DNA of 63,966 nt, filler included, from Octopus bimaculoides (taxonomy: Eukaryota): the NCBI RefSeq assembly GCF_001194135.2. It is 7 parts of 7 records of this genome, joined end to end, with 100 filler letters (N's around TTAATTAATTAA, not from the genome) between each part and the next. Parts side by side here need not be neighbours in the genome. Positions count along the whole stretch, not along the records: positions 37,244 to 41,607 come from NC_069002.1; positions 41,708 to 49,900 come from NC_068988.1; positions 50,001 to 57,593 come from NC_068997.1; 4 more parts are not named here. One strand, written 5' to 3'. A program made the position numbers and the translations under genes. This document shows, one piece after another, positions 38,570 through 52,584 of this stretch; the stretch's first letter is position 1; each line of letters opens with the position of its first letter. The notes beneath the pieces were generated by a model. The model saw only the letters and a list, made by a program, of their open reading frames with translations. It did no database searches and was not told the origin of the DNA.

Positions 38570-40601
38570 GCATACACACACGCCCTCAAACACGCATACA
38601 CACAGACGCACACACACACATGCACAAACATACACACATATACATTTTTATATGTATACAACATATGTTTGCGTATATATGATTGATTCAAATGTACGGA
38701 TACATGCACATAAACATACATATTTTTTGAGAACCTGACGTAGATACATTTAAACCATATTAACAATCTATGTCCAGAATCGTGTCAAATAATTTGAAGA
38801 GAACCACAAAATGAAAAAAAAAAAAAATCTGAGTATCAATTTACATTAATGGTCTTCTCATGGCTTTCTTGAAACTGTCTATCTTACTATTTATGGCGCG
38901 ATGGTCACATTCTATTGCATATCTCACAGCATGAAGTAACACAAACACAATCTCTATTTATGGGACAAATGTTTTATCCTCTGAGGAAGATCTACTCTTC
39001 AGATCCCCATTTCCCAAAAATAACACATGATTCAGCTATACAAAGCACGTGACTGCAGTATTATAGAATGTAACCAATAGAAATCAATTTGTTCAGTCTA
39101 GCGTCAATTACATTTAAATATTTGACGAGGGACACACAAACCCCTTACAGTCTGAATTGCGACCAGCCACTGGAAGACAATTCAGACATGATCGTCAAAC
39201 AAAACACGCATAAATGTTCTCCCCCACCCGTGCAAGACAATGGTGTAAAACTGTTATATAGCTGAAGCAATATTGTTAATAATGGAAACAATATCCGTTT
39301 AGAGCCGCTAAAATTATTCCCCGTCACAGAACGAATTACAGTTAGAGAATCACGTAGAGCGAAAAATCCCACTAAAACGAAATATTATTCCAAATGGATG
39401 GTAAAACAGAAGCCTCGAAGGAAAGTAAAGAAAAGTAGAGCTAGATAAAGCATAAAAACGAGTCCTAAATGTTTTCAATGAAGAGTTAACTTCGCTGGAT
39501 TATGAATTAGTGTCATAATTCCGAGGGAATTGCTCGCCGACTGTAGAAACAAAATAATGAGTAAAATATGACAGAATGATTCAACAAGACGACATAAAAA
39601 TATATAAACCAACTGCGTTATTCAACGCCACACCACCCTATGGGGAGGAAGGAATTATCAGTTACATCGATATAGATAAGATATATCAGGTATTGATCAA
39701 ATGTCCACGTTATGACTTCAAAATAGATCCGAGGTATTCTTTGTAAGATTTAATTGTCTTCTTGAAAAAAAATTGAATGCAGTAAAGTCATGTGTTCCGT
39801 CTATGCAAAAATATATAAAGTGAATGCTAAAAACTACAGACATTAATCGTCAGCAAAGACATGCAAACGAATTACCAAAGGAAAACCAAACAGATTCTCT
39901 GAAGACGATCTGTCGAGGTTGAACCTTTCTCATACTGTTTACGCTTCATGAACCCTATGAAATTGCTTACGTTATAGGATCGCTATGAATATGACGCTCA
40001 TCAAGTTTGGGAAAGGCTTGGAGGAAGTTGGTCACAAATACGTCACAAAACACGTGACATCAGCAAACTTAGAAAGCTAACAATAGCTGTAGCAATTCCC
40101 TTGGAACTGAAGTCAAACTGGTGCAGCCAATGTTGTATCAAAATGCAAAATAATTCCGTGAGGAATCTTGGGAGTATAANNNNNNNNNNNNNNNNNNNNN
40201 NNNNNNNNNNNNNNNNNNNNNNNNNNNNNNNNNNNNNNNNNNNNNNNNNNNNNNNNNNNNNNNNNNNNNNNNNNNNNNNNNNNNNNNNNNNNNNNNNNNN
40301 NNNNNNNNNNNNNNNNNNNNNNNNNNNNNNNNNNNNNNNNNNNNNNNNNNNNNNNNNNNNNNNNNNNNNNNNNNNNNNNNNNNNNNNNNNNNNNNNNNNN
40401 NNNNNNNNNNNNNNNNNNNNNNNNNNNNNNNNNNNNNNNNNNNNNNNNNNNNNNNNNNNNNNNNNNNNNNNNNNNNNNNNNNNNNNNNNNNNNNNNNNNN
40501 NNNNNNNNNNNNNNNNNNNNNNNNNNNNNNNNNNNNNNNNNNNNNNNNNNNNNNNNNNNNNNNNNNNNNNNNNNNNNNNNNNNNNNNNNNNNNNNNNNNN
40601 N

Positions 40602-40638
<37 letters not shown>

Positions 40639-40683
40639 TGTGTTTGTGTGTGCATGTGTCCGTGTGTGTGTGTATCTATATAT

Positions 40684-41117
40684 TCTTTCTGCTGGAAGCA
40701 CAAGGCCTCAGATTTGGGGAAAGGGATTATGTCGATCACGTCGACCCCTGTGCGTAACTGGTACTAATTCATCCACCCCGAAAGGATGAAAGGCAAAGTC
40801 GACCTCGTCGGAATTTGAACTCAGAACGTAAAGACAGACGAAATGCCGCTAAGCATTTCGCCTGGTATGCCAACGTTTCTTATTTCTTTACTGCCCACAA
40901 GGGGCTACACACAGAGGGGACAAACAAGGACTGACAAACGGATTAAGTCGATTATATCGACCCAGTGCGTAACTGGTACTTATTTAATCAACTTAATTCA
41001 TCGAAAGGATGAAAGGCAGAGTCGACCTCGGCGGGATTTGAACTCAGAACATAAAACAGACAAAATGCCACTAAGCATTTCGCCCGAAGTGCTCACGTTT
41101 CTGTCAGCTGGCCGCCT
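40684..41117 (-). mobile_element. Two SINE family A copies, the second with the alternative tail (..GCCCCTTGTGGGCAGTAAAGAAATA)
   Basis: Same alternative tail at 52750 and 60126. Confidence 0.88.
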
Positions 41118-41567
41118 CCATTCCAAGCAAGTATTGCCAATGTATCAACGGCGTACAAGCGTTGGGAGTTGTGTTCTGGTATAATTCGTTTAGAAAGAAA
41201 TGAAGCTCAACTGCTTCTGAATACGTTGGGCCTTCACGCATCGTTTCAATCTAGAATTACTAACGTACAAAACGGTGGACTGACATCAGCAGTTCTGGTC
41301 TGATGTAATTCGGAAAGAAAGAAACGAAATTCAGCTGCTTCTGAGTAGAACGTCTCTGGCTTTGAATCGTTTACAGTAGTGCGATCAAATTTAGGAACCG
41401 AATAATATCAAATACACTGGAGTTCAAAGAAGACCAGCCGTACGATATCAAGAAGACTGACTCGGCGAAGCTGGTGAAATATTCTGAGTAGAACCTATTT
41501 ACTGGAGAAAAGGAAGGTGCTGTGTTAGTAAATATATACATGCATACATGCACACACACACACACAC

Positions 41568-41607
<40 letters not shown>

Positions 41608-41707
41608 NNNNNNNNNNNNNNNNNNNNNNNNNNNNNNNNNNNNNNNNNNNNTTAATTAATTAANNNNNNNNNNNNNNNNNNNNNNNNNNNNNNNNNNNNN
41701 NNNNNNN

Positions 41708-41734
<27 letters not shown>

Positions 41735-41738
<4 letters not shown>

Positions 41739-42328
41739 AAATATATAGATATATGCATATATCCATACATATATGTACATACCTATATGCATATATGGGT
41801 ACAAGACATCAAAAAAACTTTAAATACAATGAGAAACGAAAAACGAAAACATAAAAACGAAGTCAGAAAACGAACTTTTTCCAAAAAGCGAAAAAAACAA
41901 ACAGAGAAAGGAGACATGCCACATAAAGAGTATATCCCTTTGTCAGTTGTCCCTGTCCATCTATTCTGCGTTTCGAAGGCAAAGACAATACGGAACTTCG
42001 TTGGGACAGTCCTTCCCGCAAAGCAAATTAAATAAAATTAGGATTTTTTTGCGTTGGGTGAAAGTGTTAACAAGAACAGGACAGTGAGAACAAGACAGTG
42101 AAAACAATACAGTAAAAACATTAAAAACAGTAAAAACAAGTAAAAACACGACAATATAAGCAAACGGTGAGGGCTGTTGGGCCAAGACGATAGGAAAATA
42201 ATTATTATGATCTCTAAATAGAAGAGACAGAACAATTAACGTCTGTTCTTTAGGAAGACCAGTAGGCAGAAAGAAAAAAAACACTTAGTCACGTGTCAGA
42301 GACGAGAGGGTCAAGGAGGAGGAGGGGG

Positions 42329-42364
<36 letters not shown>

Positions 42365-43430
42365 GTGAAAGGGAGAGAATAAGAATAAGGAAATGGTGGG
42401 AGTGAAAAAAAACAGAAAGGATGAAGAACAAGAGAGGGAGAGAGATAGTAGAAGAGTGCGCATAGTAGTATTAAGATAAAACTTACTTGGAAAAGGATGC
42501 GTGGCATTCGATCATATAATAATATAAATATATAGATATATGCATATATCCATACATATATGTACATACCTACATCTGTATGTATACATGCAAGCATATA
42601 TGGGTACATGACATCAAACAAACGTTAAACACAATGAGAAACGGAAAACTAAAACATAAAAACCAGTTTTATCTTAATATTACTTTGCGCACACTTCTAC
42701 TAGCTCTCTCCCTCTCTCGTTCTTCATCTTTTATGTTTCTCTCTCCGACCCTTTCCTTATTCTTCTTCTCTCCCTTTCACGGTACCCTTTCACTCTTTCT
42801 CACTCCTCCTCTTCCTCCTTGACCCTCTCGTCGCTGACACGTGACTAAATGGGTTTCTTTTTCTTTCTGCCCACTGGTCTTCCTAAAGAACAGACGTCTC
42901 TTCTATTTAGCGTTCACAATAATTATTTTTCTATCGTCTGGCTCAACAGCCCTCACCGTTTATTTTTACTGTCCCGTTTTTACTTGTTTTTACTGTTTTT
43001 ATTGTTTTTACTCTATCGTTTTTACGGTCTTCTTCTCACTGTCCTGTTCTTGTTAACACTTTCACCCTCCGTAAGAAATTCCAAATTTTATCTAATTTGC
43101 ATTGCGGGAAGGACTGTTCCAATGATGTCCCGTATTGTCCTTGCCTTCGAAACGTGGAGTAGATGGACAGGGACAACTGACGAAGGGATATACCCTTTAT
43201 GTGGCATGTCTTGTTTTTTTTCGTTTTTCGAAAAAAGTTTTCTGTCTTCGTTTTTATGTTTTCGTTTTTCGTTTCCCATTGTATTTAAAGTTTTTTGATG
43301 TCTTGTACCCATATATGCATATAGGTATACACATAGATGTAGGTAAGTACATATATGTATGGATGTATGCATATATCTATATATTTATTTTATTATATGA
43401 TCGAATGCCACGCATCCTTTTCAAAGTAAG

Positions 43431-43432
<2 letters not shown>
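41735..43432. mobile_element. Penelope-like ~780-bp unit arranged as partial tandem plus inverted copy
   Basis: 41735-42481 is reverse-complement-similar to 42663-43385; 42479-42662 restarts the unit; contains CTGACGAAGGG and TTCGAAACG words. Confidence 0.7.
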
Positions 43433-43507
<75 letters not shown>

Positions 43508-45060
43508 TGTGTGTGTGTGTGTGTGTGTGCATGCGTTTAGATATATTGTTTGTTTTAATATTATAATAAAGATGTACATCAATTCGAAAGATTAACGAAT
43601 ATATTTGTAGAGTACACACACGCACAGACACACACTCACACACACACACAGACACACACACACAGATACACACGCATATAGTTGTCTCCGACTCGTCCAG
43701 CAGACTGAATTCTATAGTTTGATCAAGGCAAATAGTCTAGAAGATGGTTAGACCAGAAATAACTGCATGTCGCCAAGCACGTCACTAGTCTTGTCCTTGT
43801 ACATGTCACAAATTTAATCTATGGTCAAACATCTGTGCCTACTCAAAATATATTCAACAGTTACAAAAGACTTGAATCACTTGCGACACAGAAGAAAGCG
43901 TGTAAAGCAACGATTTGGATCGGCGTTAAAGATTTTAATCCTGACAGGCCTAAAATATTTAATACTGCTCAATATACTGCAAGGATACTAAAAACGTGAT
44001 TGATATCAATAAATAATCATTACGTTTTTAGTCTTTTAAGATCTCATGCAAAGAAAGCAATTTTACGTACGGGAGGTGACAAAGTACTGCAAGGAGCAGT
44101 CAGCCACCAAATGCTTGTATGTATATATGCATATATATATATATANNNNNNNNNNNNNNNNNNNNNNNNNNNNNNNNNNNNNNNNNNNNNNNNNNNNNNN
44201 NNNNNNNNNNNNNNNNNNNNNNNNNNNNNNNNNNNNNNNNNNNNNNNNNNNNNNNNNNNNNNNNNNNNNNNNNNNNNNNNNNNNNNNNNNNNNNNNNNNN
44301 NNNNNNNNNNNNNNNNNNNNNNNNNNNNNNNNNNNNNNNNNNNNNNNNNNNNNNNNNNNNNNNNNNNNNNNNNNNNNNNNNNNNNNNNNNNNNNNNNNNN
44401 NNNNNNNNNNNNNNNNNNNNNNNNNNNNNNNNNNNNNNNNNNNNNNNNNNNNNNNNNNNNNNNNNNNNNNNNNNNNNNNNNNNNNNNNNNNNNNNNNNNN
44501 NNNNNNNNNNNNNNNNNNNNNNNNNNNNNNNNNNNNNNNNNNNNNNNNNNNNNNNNNNNNNNNNNNNNNNNNNNNNNNNNNNNNNNNNNNNNNNNNNNNN
44601 NNNNNNNNNNNNNNNNNNNNNNNNNNNNNNNNNNNNNNNNNNNNNNNNNNNNNNNNNNNNNNNNNNNNNNNNNNNNNNNNNNNNNNNNNNNNNNNNNNNN
44701 NNNNNNNNNNNNNNNNNNNNNNNNNNNNNNNNNNNNNNNNNNNNNNNNNNNNNNNNNNNNNNNNNNNNNNNNNNNNNNNNNNNNNNNNNNNNNNNNNNNN
44801 NNNNNNNNNNNNNNNNNNNNNNNNNNNNNNNNNNNNNNNNNNNNNNNNNNNNNNNNNNNNNNNNNNNNNNNNNNNNNNNNNNNNNNNNNNNNNNNNNNNN
44901 NNNNNNNNNNNNNNNNNNNNNNNNNNNNNNNNNNNNNNNNNNNNNNNNNNNNNNNNNNNNNNNNNNNNNNNNNNNNNNNNNNNNNNNNNNNNNNNNNNNN
45001 NNNNNNNNNNNNNNNNNNATATATATATATATATATAAACGTTCCGGGGTGTATGAGTGC

Positions 45061-45097
<37 letters not shown>

Positions 45098-45709
45098 TAT
45101 ATGTGTGTAGTCTTGCGTGTATACAAAAAGAGGAACTCACACATACCCTGACACGCAGAGAGACACACACTCGTATATGCATTAAATTTAGTAATTGAAA
45201 AAATAACTAGAGGGGATAAATGTACAATTAAATTAATACATACTTTTTGTTACCTATAGTAACGTTACATATATTTCAATTAATATTTGCTGCAATTTCT
45301 AGAATTAATTAACTTTAATTACCTAATTTTCGATAGTTCGGTGAATGCCAAATATTTTCTAAAACTATATTACTTATTCAGTTTTCGCTTAATTACTTCC
45401 AGCGAAATGTGTGTTCTTTATCGGATACAAATATAGGAACTCGTGTATAAACTATTAGGACAAATCCAAATTTAGTACATTGTTAATTACAATAGAAGTA
45501 CACAATTTATGTTATCACTAAGGTAAAGTTTTTAAACTATCATTCTGCATTTGAGTACTAACATGATTTGATCAGTGCCGTATTACAAGGAAATATATAA
45601 ACGATTAATGTTTATTTAGCCTGATATAAAAATGATGTACTGGTGGAAATGTACGTACATATAATCACTTGTACATGCTCGGGTGAGGTGTCTGATGGGA
45701 GAGTATACA

Positions 45710-45755
<46 letters not shown>

Positions 45756-48700
45756 CATACACACACGCACATACACACATATACTTATATATATGAATTC
45801 AGCTCTGCATATCTGTTTTTGTATAAGGCCTTGAAAAATATATACTTTTCGAATACAATCCATTATAAGAAATGTGAAAATGTGTTTTATGTGTATTTGC
45901 CAGCATTCCTTTTCCGTTTTCGTCCATAGTGTGTTGTGAATCTCATGGGTGTATGATTCTCACTTACGGCAGATTTGGCTAACTATCATGCCATTGTGCT
46001 GTCATGGTTTTTATCAGGATTGCTTCATCGAGACAGAGTTTCAAAGAAAGGACACAAATACTCTAATTCTAGATTACTGATAAAGAAATTAGAATCATAT
46101 ACATTTGATTGGGTGCAAACACAAAACTGGTTGTGTACAATTTTGAACCCATATGAATAGCTCGTAAAACCTGTTGATCGATAGGAAAATATAGAATTGT
46201 TAATGCGAAAGATGAATTGAAACAAATATTTTATAACCAAGTGTTTTTCTTGAGACACATCTTACAAGGGTTATCTAAACGCTTACAGGTAACATAAGGC
46301 AATTAACAGATTATTATATCGTGTCCAGGGATAAAATAAATGTTATCAAAATATCAAAGCCTCTCATTAAATAACCGAAGAAAACACCTATTCTGCAGTA
46401 CAGAGAGCACGCCCCCTACTCAAGATAAGGTCTATATTAATATTCTGATTTTAGAAATCAGGTAGTTACCGGATGAATTCCTATTGAATCTAGGATGGTA
46501 AATCATCCTTGACTACCGAAAATTTTCTATCTGCAAAATATTGTCTGTTCTATAAAAAATGGAGTAATTTGAACATAGAATAACTCGTTACTTTCCTCCT
46601 GCTATAAAAGAGCCAACATCTTCTGTCATCTATAAAAAAAGCAACAAACAATGCAATGCTTATATAAACACAGTTATGAAAATAAACGTAACACTGTTTA
46701 TTTCCCATTGCATTTTAGAGATTACAAATCTCGTGGCAACCCATCGCATACATCAACATAAAATGGTATACTTACTCTTAGATTTGTTTTCTAATTGCTC
46801 ACATGTTTCGGCTTTATAATACAAGGGATACAGCTTAAGTTTACGTATATTTGCATGACACTTCGTTCCAAATGATATATCTTGATTAACGCGTTTTCTC
46901 GCAAATAATGGTATCCTACTGCCTGCTCTTTTGTGGTAGAGAAACAGGTATACTGATGACTATAATTACAGAGCAATTGAATACTATATCACAGAGTTGG
47001 TAATTATTTCTTTTCTTATTTGAGTTACAGCATAATGAATGCACACATATATACATGTAATACATACATATGTATCCATCTATACATCTCTCTCTCTATC
47101 CATCTATGCATCTATTACATACATGCATGCGTATGTGTGTTCGTGTGTGTGTGTATGTGCGTGTGCGTGTGTGCTTAGGTGTCCTTGACCGTGCATATTC
47201 TTTGTCATGTATATGTGATCTGAACCAGTTGAAGTTTCCATCAATAGCCGTTGTTACACCACCAAATAAAAAATAACTTCAAACATTAATAGCAAGTAAA
47301 ATCAGAAATGACAGGAGCCTAATGTGTTTTTATTTCATAATCCAGCTTCATTCATGTATTTTTAACTCGTCCGTTACATATCTCTCCTTAGTAAAATCTA
47401 TAGTGTTATAGTTGGTAATGATCTTTCAAAATCTATATTCTATATCGTTTGAAAAAATGAACAAATAAATTGTTTATTATATTTATAAAATATGATCTTT
47501 TTACCGGAGTTAAGTTACATTGAAAATAGTTATCTAGCACACAGTGAACAGCTGTCAGTGGTGTAATCTGTATAAAGAAAACATAGAAAAAGAAAATAAC
47601 TACCCGCATTTAAAATGAACGTGTGAACGATTCTTCTGTAAATTGTATGAAAACAACTTAGTAGAAATCAATAAAACTCTGGAACACACTCTACCCTTCT
47701 AGTTAAGAGCAATATTATCATCATAGTAAAATGTTGATGCGTAACATGTATCATAAACGTAAGCTACTCAATGCGATTACATTAATTAGAGTGCCAGACA
47801 AATATACATATATAAAGGTGGGAATTTCTATTTGATGACATTCGATTTTATCTATTATATTTATTTTCTGAATTTAAGAAAACAAGATAATATATAGATA
47901 TTATGGTTTCTGGTATTTCTCTTATTTCATAGAAAACGTTTGCCCGACAATACCTGCAAGATTTAATTCACAATATGTTAGCAATGTGTTGCTTTACGTT
48001 ATTGCTTTCTTTCAAATGATTTCATTCCCGACTATAGGAGTTGTAAATTCATTTTAGCGCTGGTTTTCAAGTACCAAATTTCAATTATAAATCTTGTCGA
48101 ATCCAATTAACACTTGTCATTCCACTGTAGGTTTCGTCACACCGATACTTGGAAATCTCCAGTGGGTTGAAGTGTTTAACTTACTGTTATTGACAAGATC
48201 ACGTTATTTACTTTACAATTTTTTCTTAATTTTACGATCAACTATAATCAATACATGAATTCATATATACCTGCACTCTAACGCATGTACCAGTATAGAC
48301 TCACAACATTTCGAACGCCGTTACAAGCATAAGCAAAAAAACAAAAAAACAAATATAATCTAATGAAAATACACCTGGAAACTCATTCACATACACATAC
48401 AAATGCCCCTCCGCGCGCACTCACACACGCACCACTACTAACACAAATACACAAAGACACACACATGAACACTCAGACACGCACATATCAATATATAGAT
48501 GTCATATAGCTGAATATTTAAAATGGAAAATTTGCAACAAGGTGTATATGTCACTCGCACTGCTTAACTAATTACTCAAATATAATTTTGTATAGCAGTA
48601 TTCGACACACGCCTAGTGTTTAAAATTATGTCGGGTGCTATCGCAGTAATACCTAAAACGTCAAATGTACAGCATTTTCACACTCTGTACCAAGCAGATT

Positions 48701-50008
48701 CTGTCTGCGAAATGATGTAAGGATACACAGGAGTGTGACATACCCAGCTATTTAAGTGTTAATTAAAAAAAAAAACCAGTATTTACTTCATCTAACAATT
48801 GAAGCCCAACTATTGTACAACAGGGATCCTCCTCTCTTTCTCGCTCTCTGTCTCTCTTTCTCTCTTTCGCTCATTATTTGGGTGTGCGCCTGTATTTAGT
48901 CACATTATGTATGCACATACACTGTGCATTACTTCATATTGGAGATGGATGCTCCTCTGTGAATCTTCAGATTGATATAACTTTACGGAATTTCAAAACT
49001 TACATTATATTTAGGCATAATGCAAGCCGGTTGTTTATTCTTCTAACAGAATGGAATATGTGTTAATTGTAATCTTATTTCAGATTTTAATTATCTTCAT
49101 TATCTTGGGTTGGTACGCAGCATTATAAGCTAGCTGATCGTTTGTGCATTTACTGGAAAGCAAAAAATGGAATATATGTATATGTTGTTACGCTTGGATT
49201 ATACATGTGTTTATGTTCCACTCTGTTTTCATTGATGCAATAAGAGGCAGAATTTATTGGAAAGATGGGGATTAAAGGACCGATGTAGTAAATATGTTAT
49301 TAGAGGTAACAGTGAGGACGACCATGGTGTGAAGCGTGAGATCACTATCTGGAAATTTCAGACTAGTTGAGACAAAACACTTTTTTGTAGAGATTTGATG
49401 ACATGGGTAAGAATATTAATGCGTTCATTATTGTCTATCATGCAATTGTGCTTCGTAGTCTGTGTTTTTTACAGGTGCAAAGGGGAAATAATTCTTATTC
49501 AGAATATGTAAATGTTTTAGAGATACAAGTTCAGAGATAAAATTCAGAGTGTGTTACATAATGGAAGAGTGAAATTGTGTATGCGGAAATCAGATGTAGG
49601 ATGTTTAAAAATGTTCCAAAATATAAGTCATGTACACTGTTGTGGATGATGTGTTGTGCATTATGTATTGCGGTGGATGTGTTCATGTCTTTATTATTAA
49701 ATTTCTATAAGGCGGCGAGCAGACAGAGACCTTAGCACGCTGGGCGAGATGCTTAGGGTACTTATTTAAGTATGCATTAACTTGCCGAAAATATATGCGG
49801 CAAAATACCGTTTGTGTATACTCTATGCATATCGTATAATGTGGGGGGAGGGGAGGCGGGGTAAATGAAGCAGATCTGCATACCCGAATATGTACAATAT
49901 NNNNNNNNNNNNNNNNNNNNNNNNNNNNNNNNNNNNNNNNNNNNTTAATTAATTAANNNNNNNNNNNNNNNNNNNNNNNNNNNNNNNNNNNNNNNNNNNN
50001 GAGAGTAG

Positions 50009-50057
<49 letters not shown>

Positions 50058-50710
50058 CACATACATATGTATAAACACATATATAATCTGTCAGTAAAAT
50101 ATCCCTTTAATATTAATAGAAATTCTGTTAAAAAAATACTTTCTCTATTGATTGTCAAATAAAAGAGAAAAAAAAAAATCTGGTCCTTACAACATTTAAC
50201 AATATAATGGTGCCAGAACTATATTTGGTATGGAAAAATAACAATTCATAGAGTATTATAACAATTTATCAAATAGCAAGATTTTTTTTTTTGGAAAAGT
50301 TTTTCTAATATATATTTTAAGTCTTTGGTTCTTTTATATTTTTTTTCCAGTTTTTTTTTTTTATGTCAATTTTATTATTTTATTGTTTACTATTAATGAC
50401 AAATAGTTTTAATATTGTAAAGTAGTTTATATAAAGAATAACAGCTACTAACTCAATTACTTTTATATTATATTATACATAGTTTGTGAGTATGTGTGTA
50501 GGTTTACTAATATATATGTGTGTGTGTGTGTGTGTTATACACACAATATACACATATAGATATATGCATATGCACACACATTATACACCTACCAATTGAT
50601 GGAGATACATATCTCATGAACACTCAAATGTATTAATTCAAAGCTGAAGTTTCACTGCATTGCTAATCCAATTTGACCAGTTTACTAAATCACACACACA
50701 CACTAGATAT

Positions 50711-50754
<44 letters not shown>

Positions 50755-51396
50755 GCACACACCGCATAAGGTGTACAATATTAGATGTTGCTTAAAAGCA
50801 TGAATTTTGACATTTATGGAACAAATTAATTTAAAAAGCAAACTATTATTTATTTCACTCCATTATTAAAATACCTTGTTATATTTATTTTTATTTTATC
50901 ACATCAGAGTGTCGGCTTCGATGTTTTGAGTGAAGCTAATGGCGAGGAGACGATATATTATGTAATAGAATACAGTTTAGTGTTTCAGATTTCTGTGTTC
51001 AAATTCCTCACATGTGAACTTCTTTGTTTTTTTTTTGTTTGTTTTTTTTATTCCATCAGATTTGGTTAAGGAACTGACAAGTGATACTCTGAGACCATGT
51101 TACCCAACTATGTTGTTCTTTCATTGCAAAGGTGGGAGTGGAGGAGAGAGATGGGAGGAAGGAGGGGATTGTCTACTTCATGAACAGATTGTCAAAAAAA
51201 TATGCTTGTTGAGTCAACAGGGTAACAGACAACCAATCAGCTGGCAGATTGATGCTGGTAGCTTACATCCTGTTACCAGCACTGTGTTGTGTCTGTTGGC
51301 CAATGATCTTAATTTCTCAAATGGTCTGTTACATTTAGCTATAAATAAGTACAGGAGAGTGGAAACAACTCGCTGCATTACAGCAGGGCAAAGACT

Positions 51397-51462
<66 letters not shown>

Positions 51463-51514
51463 TTTAAAAAATTATTTATATATTTACAATGGTGAGATCA
51501 ACACCTGTTGATAT

Positions 51515-51830
51515 AATTTGGTAGTAGAAAAGCTTTGTAAGTGAATTAAGTAGACAGAAACTGAAAGAAGCTCAGTGTGTGCGTGTGCGCACGTGTGTTT
51601 ATCTTGACATTGTGTGATAGTTGTAAATGAGTTTCCTTCTCATACAAGCACTGTCCTCCATTTTCAGTATTCCACAAAAACATGTCTGGCCACAGGGAAA
51701 TATTACTTTGCTTGGAAACAGGGGAGGGTTGGTGGCAGGAAGGGCATCCAGCTGTAGAAAATCTGCCTCAATAAATCTATCCAACTCATGCAAATACAGA
51801 AAAAATGGAGGTTAAAACAATGATGATTCA
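51515..51830 (+). mobile_element. SINE family B variant with RTE-like tail (relatives at 53687-53830, 54000-54256, 56425-56680)
   Basis: Shared CAGGAAGGGCATCCAGC..GAAAA..CCCATGC..AAATGATGATGAT tail. Confidence 0.7.
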
Positions 51831-52584
51831 GAGTTCTGTTAAATTGATATGTCTGAGAGATATACAACATGAAGACTAAATATTCCATTAGTGCCTTAAT
51901 GATACCATGAGCTATTGCTCCTTATTTTCTGTCCCCAGGAATAGAAGTTGAAGAGATAAGATGCAGGTAATTATACAGCTTCAGGCTATTGTTAAATTAC
52001 CTTAGTTACTTCTGTGTGAGCAGGCCTAATAACTGATGAAATAATTGATGAAATAATTGATGAAATAACATCTTTAATTAAGATTACTAGTAATTATTGT
52101 CCTGTGTTTTATTATCGTGCATGCAATCTTAAAATGATGGCAGAATAAATGTAGATATATCTAACAGCTACAGAGTATGTCCATAGAGATTTGGCTACTA
52201 CACACAACATGTAAGTGCCCAGAAGCCCCCCCCCCCACACTGGCTTGCATACAAATACGTGAGAACTCTATCATTGAAATAAAGTCAGTGATGCTATGTC
52301 TTCACGTAATCTATCCTGAGAAAGTGAAACCAGTCCCCAGTGTTGTATAGTAACCAAACACTTGTCAAGTACTCAACACCACTCCTTATAACAGAGAGGT
52401 CTGCTTACTCTTGTTACCTATTTACTGTTAGATTAACTAAAACAGCAACCAGTAAGTGTTTCGCCCATAGATACAGCACAATGGTGGTGACAAGCTATGA
52501 ACTATATATACTTCAGGCAGGAGTTTTACATCCTGTCAACCCACCAAGCAGAAACTCTCTATGGGACAAGGAAACAATAAATAT

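Noticed and set aside
43140-43200. Type II hammerhead (GAAAC before CTGACGA)
   Set aside because: Stems I and III could not be paired consistently in either copy of the unit.
51014-51400. 128-aa ORF with a strong-looking acceptor at 51059
   Set aside because: The 5' part is a decayed SINE core, it starts at GTG, and no domain is recognisable.
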